Source of the DNA: an uncultured Lentimicrobiaceae bacterium
GTDB taxonomy: Bacteria; Bacteroidota; Bacteroidia; Bacteroidales; SKPS01
Length of the DNA: 64,000 nucleotides
Direction: 5' to 3'
Assembly: GCA_964469215.1 (NCBI GenBank)
Contig: CAYXYB010000012.1
Location: 17,526 to 81,525, forward strand
The translations under genes were made by a program, and so were the position numbers. Positions 20,162 to 28,674 of this stretch are shown one piece after another (positions within the stretch are counted from its first letter, which is position 1; each line of letters begins with the position of its first letter). Below the pieces are notes generated by a model. That model had not been told where the DNA came from and did not search any database. It was given only the letters and a program-made list of their open reading frames with translations.

Positions 20162-21745
20162 ATGAACAAGACATTATTTTTGTTATTGTTTTTAGTTCTG
20201 TTGATAATAGATGGAAATGCCCAGACAACAATCACCAGGCAAAAGTCATATGGCGGATCACAGAATGATAATGTACAGAAGATTATAAGGATAAATGACT
20301 CATATATTGTCGGAGGTTCATCTGATTCTGAAATCTCAGGTGACAAGACAGAGCCTTCACGGGGATTTGAAGATTTCTGGATACTGAACGTTGATACCGG
20401 ATTAAACATAATCTGGCAAAGAACTTTAGGGGGAAGTAAATCTGATATTTTGAATGACCTAATCCTTACCCATGACTCGTGCCTGTTGTTGCTAGGCACC
20501 TCAGCATCTGACAGTTCAGGCGAGAAAAGTCAAAATAACTATGGTGATTGTGACTACTGGCTTATTAAGATGTCGTTAACCGGCAGTATTCTTTGGCAGA
20601 AAATAATTGGGGGTGAAGGTTACGATGAGGCATCGGTTGTGTATGAACTGCCTGATGGTTCAATACTGATTGGAGGTTCTTCACAATCCGACAGTTCAGG
20701 GTTAAAAACACAAAACAGACGAGGAATAAGAGATTATTGGCTGTTGCGACTCGACATGCAAGGCAATATTCTCTGGAACAGAACATACGGGGGCAATGTT
20801 ATTGATATGTTGCACAGTATAACAGTATTAAATGACTCCATGATAATAATTGCCGGTAGATCAAATTCTCCAACCTCTGGTGAAAAATCAGAAAGCAGCT
20901 ATGGTGATTATGATATTTGGTTGATTTGTGTAAACCTTAATGGCAACATTATCTGGGACCGCACCTTGGGTGGTAATCAATGGGATTGTCCTTCCGCTAT
21001 GGTTGCAAAACAGCATTCTTTATATGTATTAGGCAGATCTGACTCAAATGTTTCCGGTTTAAAGAGTCAAAATTCCAGAGGTAATGAAGATTTCTGGATT
21101 ATTAAACTTGATTATTCTGGTAACATCAAATGGGATAAAACAATTGGGGGTAGCGGTTGGGATGTTCCTTACTCTATGGTGTATTGCGAAGATAATAATC
21201 TGACGATTTCAGGTGCTTCAGGATCGGTTATTTCAGGTGAAAAACTCAGTCCACTATATGGTGTTGTTGATTATTGGATTATAGCCCTGGATACAAACGG
21301 TAATATTTTTTGGCAAGAATCCATTGGAGGAACATTGCCTGATTATGGTAGGAACTTGGTTAAATTATCCAGTGGCGGATTTGTTGTTGCCGGGGATTCC
21401 TATTCAGGAATTTCAGGGGTAAAAACAACCATCAACCATGGGATGTCCGATTTCTGGCTTATAGAATTTGAAGTTGGAACGGGGATAAGCGAATATTATA
21501 CCGGGAAACATATTGTTAAGGTCTATCCAAACCCTGCAGAGGATTTCTTAATAATTGAGACAGACTTTGATGCTAATATCTCTGAATTATACATTCTTGA
21601 TATCCATGGCAAAGAAGTCAAGTCATTGATTGTTAACCGGCCTTCAATAGAAGTGGATATTAGAGATCTCACAGCAGGAATATACATCCTTAAAACCAGG
21701 ATCTCGGATGGCTACCTGGAGGTCAACAGGTTTGTGAAGAGATAG
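20162..21745 (+). CDS. repeat-rich secreted protein Y2 with T9SS C-terminal sorting domain
   Basis: 527 aa with the same architecture as Y1. The N-terminal signal region and the last ~20 codons are identical to Y1, and the interior is substantially diverged. Confidence 0.75.
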   Translation: MNKTLFLLLFLVLLIIDGNAQTTITRQKSYGGSQNDNVQKIIRINDSYIVGGSSDSEISGDKTEPSRGFEDFWILNVDTGLNIIWQRTLGGSKSDILNDLILTHDSCLLLLGTSASDSSGEKSQNNYGDCDYWLIKMSLTGSILWQKIIGGEGYDEASVVYELPDGSILIGGSSQSDSSGLKTQNRRGIRDYWLLRLDMQGNILWNRTYGGNVIDMLHSITVLNDSMIIIAGRSNSPTSGEKSESSYGDYDIWLICVNLNGNIIWDRTLGGNQWDCPSAMVAKQHSLYVLGRSDSNVSGLKSQNSRGNEDFWIIKLDYSGNIKWDKTIGGSGWDVPYSMVYCEDNNLTISGASGSVISGEKLSPLYGVVDYWIIALDTNGNIFWQESIGGTLPDYGRNLVKLSSGGFVVAGDSYSGISGVKTTINHGMSDFWLIEFEVGTGISEYYTGKHIVKVYPNPAEDFLIIETDFDANISELYILDIHGKEVKSLIVNRPSIEVDIRDLTAGIYILKTRISDGYLEVNRFVKR

Positions 21746-21954
21746 AAATCTCATTAGGCAAACTTAAGCAGATATCAGATCGGCCGATTTTAAATAAATG
21801 ACTTTGCTATTATCTTCAGTGGCAATAGCTGGAAATCCCGAACAATGAGCCGGCTTTCTCGTTTAGTGATAATGAGATGATAAAATCATGGATATTTGCA
21901 GATTCTGAGAATAATTATACATGGAAGAGTGACCGGTTATAAAAATTGTCAATT

Positions 21955-22371
21955 ATGAAAATACTTATTCTTTGCACCGGAAATTCTTGCCGCAGTCAAA
22001 TGGCGGAAGGGTTTCTGAAATCATTCAATCCCGGATTTGAAGTGTTATCTGCTGGAACAAAGCCTGCCTCAAAGGTGCATCCTCTAGCACAAATAGTTAT
22101 GCTTGAGAAGGGAATAGATCTGGTGAGCCATTTTCCAAAATCGGTGGACGGGTTTCTTGGTCAGGAGTTCGACTATGTGATTACCGTTTGCGGAGGTGCC
22201 AGAGAGAGTTGCCCGGTATTTACGGGTGCAGTAAAGCACCGCCTCCATATTGGATTTGATGACCCTGCGGAAGCAACCGGTACGTTTGATCAGATAATTG
22301 CAGAATTCCGAAGGATCAGGGATCAGATTGAAAAGGAATTCAGAGAGTTTTCGGATATGATAAGCAGGTAA
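21955..22371 (+). CDS. arsC: arsenate reductase, thioredoxin-coupled LMW-PTP type
   Basis: [19 protein letters not shown] contains the CX5R(S/T) P-loop, and the downstream cysteine pair lies in VITVCGGARESCP. I prefer the ATG at 21955 to the track's TTG at 21946. Confidence 0.85.
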   Translation: MKILILCTGNSCRSQMAEGFLKSFNPGFEVLSAGTKPASKVHPLAQIVMLEKGIDLVSHFPKSVDGFLGQEFDYVITVCGGARESCPVFTGAVKHRLHIGFDDPAEATGTFDQIIAEFRRIRDQIEKEFREFSDMISR

Positions 22372-22498
22372 CTAACAAAGAACCACTGACCTTACCCTCA
22401 AATTTTGCTATGTACAAAATGATTACTTTAGCAATGCGTTTGCAGGATAGTTTATTGTTGCAGAAATGGCTTCAGGGATTAAGTGTAAATATTTGTCA

Positions 22499-25400
22499 AT
22501 GAAGGTTTTGTTGATCCTGATCGTACTGATCACGTTTGACAGCAATAATCTTTTTGCACAATTTTACAACGGCTCCCAGCTCACTTTCGGAAAAAACAGG
22601 GTTCAGCATACCGTTGACCGGTTCTGGACACATTACCGTTATCCCAATTTTGACGCTTATTTTTATATGGGTGGAAGGGAGTATGCCCTGTATGCTTCCC
22701 GGTACGCTATGGATATAATGCCGCAGATGGAGAAAAAGCTGGATTACTCGCTTACTGAAAAGATCCAGTTCATCATTTATAATAATCTTTCTGAACTAAA
22801 AGAGAGTAACATAGGCCTTCTGAGTGATGAATATTACAATATCGGAGGGATAACCTATATTGTCGGCACCAAGATCTTCATTTACTTCGATGGCAGCTAT
22901 ATCAATTTCGAAAGGCAGATACGTGCCGGCCTGGCAAGGGTGATGATAAATGAAATTCTTTACGGATCAGAGATTACCTCCCAGATCAAGAATTCCACCC
23001 TGATAAACTTCCCTGAATGGTATATCAACGGCCTAATTTCCTATATTGCCGATGACTGGTGTACTGAAACCGACAATGCCGTCAGGGATGGTATCCTTTC
23101 TGGCAGGTATGGCAACTTCAACACTTTAACGGGGCAGGATGCGGTTTATGCCGGGCACAGTATCTGGAAATATGTTGCTGACAAATATGGCCGGAATTCC
23201 ATTTCCAACATTTTATATATGACAAAGGTAAGCCGTCAGATACCCAACGGCTTTTTATTTGTGATAGGTGTTCCGTTTAAAACTCTCATCAATGAATGGA
23301 TGACATATTTCAGGGATGATTTTTACCGTTACGACGACGACAGGCAGGCACCTGACGGGAAGCAGTTTCCGATTAAGCTGAGGAAGGACATGGCCTTGCA
23401 GGAGGTACGAATAAGCCCTGATGAGAGATATATTGCATATGTAACAAACCACTCAGGCAGGTACCGGGTGCTTCTTTACGACTCTGAAACGGGAAAGACC
23501 ACAAGGTTGCTGAAGCGTGGCCAGAGGCTTGATGAGAAGGTTGACTTTTCATATCCGCTGATTGCGTGGCATCCGAGCAGCAAGCTCCTCACATTTCTTG
23601 TTGAAGAAAAAGCATACACATGGTTGTATTCTTATACCATTGATGAGGCTCTGCTTGAGAAAGAAAAGCTGGTTGAATTCCAGAAGGTTACCGGTTACTC
23701 TTTCAGCCCGGGAGGAGAACTGATTGTGTTCAGCGCAGTTCAGAGAGGACAATCAGACATATTCGTCTACTCCCGTTCTTCACGAACCTCAGAGAACATA
23801 ACCCGTGACATTTACGATGATCATTTTCCGCAGTTCATTGACCAGGGCAGCAGAATAATTTTTTCATCAAACCGGCCGGAAGACACACTTCTGTTCGATA
23901 GAATAACTGCACGTATTGATACACATCTGGTGATTGACCGCCAGGAGTTCCTTGATATCTTTATTTATGATTACCGAAACCGTTCACAGGTGCTCAGAAG
24001 GGTTACAAACACACCTTTATATAACGAATCACACCCAATGGGTTATGATCGTGGTTTTGTCACTTATCTGTCGGATGAGAATGGCATAAATAACAGGCAC
24101 ATAGCCCGTTTCGACAGCATCATTGCCTTCATCGACACAACAACACACTATAATTATTTTACAATCTCGTTTCCTGTAACCAATTATCGCAGGTCCGTAA
24201 TGGAGCAGGATATCAACAGGCCCGGAGGCAGTTTGTCGACGGTTTTCTATGAAGACGGAACCTACAATCTGTTTCTGCAGCAATTACCTGAAGCATCCTC
24301 TCTGGAGTCTCTTTCGATGACCAACACCACTTACCGCATGCAGATGCATGCATTGAGCAGGGCAGCCTCAACAGGGCAGGGGGCATCACCGGCAAGGCAG
24401 GAGGCGCAGGATACCACAGCCAGGGATATAAAACGCCGCTTTGTGACTGTGCGGGCCAGCCAGGAACAACTGGTCGATTCATCAAGGATCGACTTCGACA
24501 ACTATGTTTTTGGAAGAGCAAGAGCCGATACAGCAAAACCGCAGGATCGAACCGGCAGTTTTTTTATTCCAAAGGAGCGGGTGTATGAAGTAGCCTTTTC
24601 GATTGATCAGTTTGTAAGCCAGGTTGATATGGGATATATAAATTCAGCATATCAGCCCTTTTCAGGTGGGGGGCAACCTATTTATATCAACCCGGGGATC
24701 AACGGTTTCTTCAGGATAGGTATCACCGATCTTCTCGAAGACTATCGCATAACCGGAGGGGTCAGGCTTTCGTTCAATCTTAATAACAACGAATATTTTC
24801 TGAGCTTCGAGAACCTGAAGAACCGCTGGGACAGGCAGATTATCCTTCACCGCAAGTCACTGGAGTCATATGGCATTTACAGTATTATCAGAAGGCATAC
24901 ACATGAGGTTCATTATATGCTCAAGTACCCTTTCAGCAATGTTCTTGCTGTGAGAAATGCACTGATTCTAAGGCTCGACAATGACATCTTCATGGGAACG
25001 GATCAGAACAACCTGTTGGAGAAGGACATTTTCACACCATGGTTGTCGGGGAGGTCGGAGCTGATATTTGACAACACACGCGACAGGGGTATGAACACCC
25101 TGTTTGGCACCCGGTGGAAACTGTTTGGCGAGTATCACCAAAAGATCAACAATCTCGAACACCAGATGGTGGTTCTTGGTGGTGATTTCAGGCACTACAC
25201 CCAGTTGCACAAGACCTTCATCTGGGCGAACCGCCTTGCTGCAAGCACCTCATTTGGGAACAACCGTTTGATATATTACATGGGAGGTGTTGATAACTGG
25301 TTGCTGCCCAAGTTTAACACCTCGATAAACATCGATCAGGAAAAAAACTGGGCATATCAGACACTTGCTACCAACATGAGAGGTTTCCATCAGAATATCA

Positions 25401-25768
25401 GGAACGGCAACAGCTTTATGGTTCTGAACAGTGAGTTACGGATGCCGGTGTTCAGGTATTTCTTTGACCGGCCTCTGCGTAATAATTTTATAAACCATTT
25501 CCAGGTTATCGCTTTTGGTGATTTCGGAACCGCATGGACAGGGCCTGATCCATGGTCGGAAGAGAATGCCCTTTACACTCAGATTATTGAGCAGGGCCCC
25601 ATAAAGGTAACTGTTAAAAGACAGGTTAACCCTTTTGTAGGTGGGTTTGGATTTGGTTTCCGAACCTCTCTGTTTGGGTATTTTATCCGCGCCGATTGGG
25701 CATGGGGCATCGAAGATGCTACCGTATCCCCTTCGGTTTTTTATCTCTCCCTGGGACTTGATTTCTGA
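22499..25768 (+). CDS. large envelope protein with TolB/PD40-like beta-propeller region and C-terminal Omp85 (surface antigen D15)-like barrel
   Basis: The start is 22466 or 22499 (MKVLLILIVLITF). Central repeats have ISPDERYIAY / FSPGGELIVFS-type PD40 signatures. The C-terminus (GGFGFGFRTSLFGYFIRADWAWGI...FYLSLGLDF) is typical of Omp85-family barrels and ends in F. Confidence 0.6.
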   Translation: MKVLLILIVLITFDSNNLFAQFYNGSQLTFGKNRVQHTVDRFWTHYRYPNFDAYFYMGGREYALYASRYAMDIMPQMEKKLDYSLTEKIQFIIYNNLSELKESNIGLLSDEYYNIGGITYIVGTKIFIYFDGSYINFERQIRAGLARVMINEILYGSEITSQIKNSTLINFPEWYINGLISYIADDWCTETDNAVRDGILSGRYGNFNTLTGQDAVYAGHSIWKYVADKYGRNSISNILYMTKVSRQIPNGFLFVIGVPFKTLINEWMTYFRDDFYRYDDDRQAPDGKQFPIKLRKDMALQEVRISPDERYIAYVTNHSGRYRVLLYDSETGKTTRLLKRGQRLDEKVDFSYPLIAWHPSSKLLTFLVEEKAYTWLYSYTIDEALLEKEKLVEFQKVTGYSFSPGGELIVFSAVQRGQSDIFVYSRSSRTSENITRDIYDDHFPQFIDQGSRIIFSSNRPEDTLLFDRITARIDTHLVIDRQEFLDIFIYDYRNRSQVLRRVTNTPLYNESHPMGYDRGFVTYLSDENGINNRHIARFDSIIAFIDTTTHYNYFTISFPVTNYRRSVMEQDINRPGGSLSTVFYEDGTYNLFLQQLPEASSLESLSMTNTTYRMQMHALSRAASTGQGASPARQEAQDTTARDIKRRFVTVRASQEQLVDSSRIDFDNYVFGRARADTAKPQDRTGSFFIPKERVYEVAFSIDQFVSQVDMGYINSAYQPFSGGGQPIYINPGINGFFRIGITDLLEDYRITGGVRLSFNLNNNEYFLSFENLKNRWDRQIILHRKSLESYGIYSIIRRHTHEVHYMLKYPFSNVLAVRNALILRLDNDIFMGTDQNNLLEKDIFTPWLSGRSELIFDNTRDRGMNTLFGTRWKLFGEYHQKINNLEHQMVVLGGDFRHYTQLHKTFIWANRLAASTSFGNNRLIYYMGGVDNWLLPKFNTSINIDQEKNWAYQTLATNMRGFHQNIRNGNSFMVLNSELRMPVFRYFFDRPLRNNFINHFQVIAFGDFGTAWTGPDPWSEENALYTQIIEQGPIKVTVKRQVNPFVGGFGFGFRTSLFGYFIRADWAWGIEDATVSPSVFYLSLGLDF

Positions 25769-25793
25769 TCATCAACAATACAAAACCTGCTTA

Positions 25794-26990
25794 ATGTCAC
25801 AACAACTGCTTAGAATAAAGGAACTTGCAAGAATATATCATTCTGAAACGATAGCAATAAGGCGTCATTTGCATGCCAACCCCGAGTTGTCGGGTAAGGA
25901 GAAAGGTACTTCGGCCTTTGTAGCGAAAATATTGTCAAAGTTCAGCATATCATTTAAAGAAAATGTTGGTGGATATGGTATCATGGCCGACATACAGGGT
26001 AGGAATTCCGGGCATGGGTGTGTTGCATTGCGGGCTGACATGGATGCACTTCCCATAAGTGAGGTTACGGATATACCTTACAGGTCCAAAAATCCGGGTG
26101 TGATGCATGCCTGCGGGCACGATGCCCATACGGCAGCGTTGCTTGGCGCTGCGAGGATATTAAGCCAGATCACTGATCAGTTTGAAGGAACTGTAAGGCT
26201 GATATTTCAGCCTTCAGAAGAGAAGTACCCCGGAGGTGCAAAACCCATGATAGAAGCGGGAGTGCTTGAGAATCCCATTCCTGATATGATTTTTGGTGCT
26301 CATGTAGCACCCGATCTGCCGGCAGGTAAGGTGGGAATGCGTCCCGGGCGGTTTATGGCATCAACAGATGAGGTATTTATCACAGTAAAGGGCAGGGGAG
26401 GGCATGCTGCTACACCATTTTTAAACATAGATCCTGTGGTGATGGCAGCCCAGATACTTATTGCCCTTCAGCAGATCACCAGCAGGCTTGCCCCTCCTTC
26501 CGTTCCAACAGTATTATCTTTCGGCCGGTTCATTGCTGACGGGCAAACAAACATTATCCCACACGAAGTGAAGATGGCAGGAACCATCAGAACATTCGAT
26601 GAGGAGTGGCGCAGAATGGTTCACAACCACATCAAAAATATTGCACAGAAAACAGCCGAAAGCCTCGGAGGTAAATGCGATGTGTTTATTGACAACGGCT
26701 ACCCTGTTTTGGTAAATGACAAAAAAGCCACTGCCATGGCACAAAACCTCGCCGTCGGATATCTTGGGGAGACGGATGTGGTTTTGATTGAGCCAAGGAT
26801 GACAGCAGAGGATTTTGCATACTTTTCCCAAAAAGTGCCAGCATGTTTTTACAGGGTAGGGATTCGTAACGAAGAGAAAGGAATAACCGCAAATCTTCAT
26901 ACGCCTGAATTTGAAATTGATGAGAAAAGCCTGGAGAGCGCTGCAGGCCTGATGGCATGGATTGCAGTTGGAGCTCTTCAAAATTTGTAG
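25794..26990 (+). CDS. M20D family amidohydrolase (N-acyl-L-amino acid amidohydrolase-like)
   Basis: It has the HACGHDAHT motif, and its length and architecture are typical of the family. The start is set at ATG 25794 (MSQQLLRIKEL) because the track's start at 25641 overlaps the preceding gene. Confidence 0.8.
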   Translation: MSQQLLRIKELARIYHSETIAIRRHLHANPELSGKEKGTSAFVAKILSKFSISFKENVGGYGIMADIQGRNSGHGCVALRADMDALPISEVTDIPYRSKNPGVMHACGHDAHTAALLGAARILSQITDQFEGTVRLIFQPSEEKYPGGAKPMIEAGVLENPIPDMIFGAHVAPDLPAGKVGMRPGRFMASTDEVFITVKGRGGHAATPFLNIDPVVMAAQILIALQQITSRLAPPSVPTVLSFGRFIADGQTNIIPHEVKMAGTIRTFDEEWRRMVHNHIKNIAQKTAESLGGKCDVFIDNGYPVLVNDKKATAMAQNLAVGYLGETDVVLIEPRMTAEDFAYFSQKVPACFYRVGIRNEEKGITANLHTPEFEIDEKSLESAAGLMAWIAVGALQNL

Positions 26991-27070
26991 GTTATAGGTT
27001 TTTTTTCTACTTTTGGGCACCTCTTAAAAATCAATTTTGTAATCATTAACAATTTAAAATCAAATCAATT

Positions 27071-28270
27071 ATGTACGGTGAAATGAAACAATTCCTGCAG
27101 CAGGAGCTGGAGGCAATCCGGGAGGCAGGGTTATATAAGAATGAAAGGACACTTACAACTCCTCAGGGTGTTGAGATTAAAACAAGTGCCGGGCTCGATG
27201 TTCTTAACTTTTGTGCCAACAATTACCTTGGTCTGTCATCGCATCCGCGTGTTATGGCAGCCGCTGCCAGGTCTATGGAAGAGTGGGGTTACGGACTCTC
27301 ATCGGTAAGGTTTATCTGCGGAACACAGCAGATCCATAAAGATCTCGAAAAAGAGATGAGCGAATTTCTGGGAACCGAAGATACTATTCTTTTCTCATCA
27401 GCCTTTGATGCAAACGGTGGTGTTTTTGAACCACTTTTAGGGGAAGACAGTGCAATCATTTCCGATGAGTTGAACCATGCATCTATAATTGATGGTGTAA
27501 GGCTTTGCAAGGCTCAGCGCTTCCGTTATAAAAACAACAACATGGCAGACCTTGAAGAGCAGCTTATTGCTGCCAAAGATGCTAAGTTCAAACTTATTGT
27601 TACCGATGGGGTTTTCTCCATGGATGGTATTATCGCCAAGATTGACCAGATATGTGACCTGGCTGAAAAGTACAATGCAATGGTGATGGTTGATGATTCT
27701 CATGCCACCGGTTTCGTTGGACCGAACGGACGCGGAACTCATGAGTATTGCGGAGCATGGGGAAGGGTGGATATCATCACCACAACCTTTGGCAAGGCTC
27801 TTGGCGGTGCGTCGGGCGGTTGCGTTTCAGGAAGAAAAGAGATTGTTGACCTGCTTCGTCAGCGTGCACGCCCATACCTCTTCTCCAATTCCGTATCACC
27901 CATTATTGCAGGTGCAACAATTGAAGTTCTGAAGATGTTAAGGGAATCGAATGAGTTGGTTACAAAGATTCAAAAGAACACAACACAGTTCCGTGAAGGT
28001 ATGACAAAAGCCGGGTTCGCCATTGTTCCCAGCACACACGCCATTACCCCGATCATGCTTGGACACCTTCCGAACGACGCCAAGCTTTCACAGGATTTTG
28101 CAAATGCCTTGTTACTCGAAGGGATCTATGTCATTGGATTTTACTATCCTGTGGTTCCTAAGGGTAAAGCCCGCATCAGGGTTCAGATTTCTGCAGCCCA
28201 TGAACCTCACCATATCGACTTTGCGATTGAGAAATTCACCAAGGTGGGTAAGCAACTGAACATAATCTAA
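27071..28270 (+). CDS. kbl: glycine C-acetyltransferase (2-amino-3-ketobutyrate CoA ligase)
   Basis: 399 aa. The class-II aminotransferase motifs DDSHATGF and TFGKALGG (PLP lysine) are present, and the N-terminus is similar to Kbl. Confidence 0.85.
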   Translation: MYGEMKQFLQQELEAIREAGLYKNERTLTTPQGVEIKTSAGLDVLNFCANNYLGLSSHPRVMAAAARSMEEWGYGLSSVRFICGTQQIHKDLEKEMSEFLGTEDTILFSSAFDANGGVFEPLLGEDSAIISDELNHASIIDGVRLCKAQRFRYKNNNMADLEEQLIAAKDAKFKLIVTDGVFSMDGIIAKIDQICDLAEKYNAMVMVDDSHATGFVGPNGRGTHEYCGAWGRVDIITTTFGKALGGASGGCVSGRKEIVDLLRQRARPYLFSNSVSPIIAGATIEVLKMLRESNELVTKIQKNTTQFREGMTKAGFAIVPSTHAITPIMLGHLPNDAKLSQDFANALLLEGIYVIGFYYPVVPKGKARIRVQISAAHEPHHIDFAIEKFTKVGKQLNII

Positions 28271-28276
28271 AAAAAT

Positions 28277-28651
28277 ATGATAATAGGTATCGGTACCGAC
28301 ATTATTGAGGTTGATCGTATCCGGAAGCATATCGAAGCAGGTTTTGGATTCAGGGAGAAGGTGTTCACCGGCAAGGAGATCACCTATTGCGAAGCCAGAA
28401 CCAACAAGGCGCAGAATTATGCAGCCCGCTTCTCCGCCAAGGAGGCATTCCTTAAAGCTGTCGGTACCGGCCTTCGTCAGGGGCTCGCTTTTACCGATAT
28501 TGAAGTGATAAACGACGAGTTAGGTAAACCCGAAATGGTGCTTCATGGGCAGGCCCTCGAACTTACTAAAAGAATGGGAATTACAAACCTGCAAATCTCA
28601 ATGACACACCTGCGCGACTGGGTAAATGCAATTGTGATTCTGGAACGATAA
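28277..28651 (+). CDS. acpS: holo-[acyl-carrier-protein] synthase
   Basis: 124 aa with IGIGTDIIEVDRI at the N-terminus and FSAKEAFLKA. Confidence 0.85.
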   Translation: MIIGIGTDIIEVDRIRKHIEAGFGFREKVFTGKEITYCEARTNKAQNYAARFSAKEAFLKAVGTGLRQGLAFTDIEVINDELGKPEMVLHGQALELTKRMGITNLQISMTHLRDWVNAIVILER

Positions 28652-28674
28652 ACCTGTAACACGAGACACCTGTT

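Larger units (their letters stand above)
17781..21954. repeat. Tandem segmental duplication, unit 2 (4174 bp)
   Basis: Same gene order as unit 1, without the IS. Confidence 0.9.

Noticed and set aside
25641-25793. Long N-terminal extensions of the ORFs at 25641, 43553 and 52288-53232
   Set aside because: Each extension overlaps the 3' end of the preceding gene. In each case an internal ATG gives a sensible N-terminus: a signal peptide or lipobox in two cases, and MSQQLLRIKEL, which clears the preceding gene's stop, for the M20D gene at 25794.
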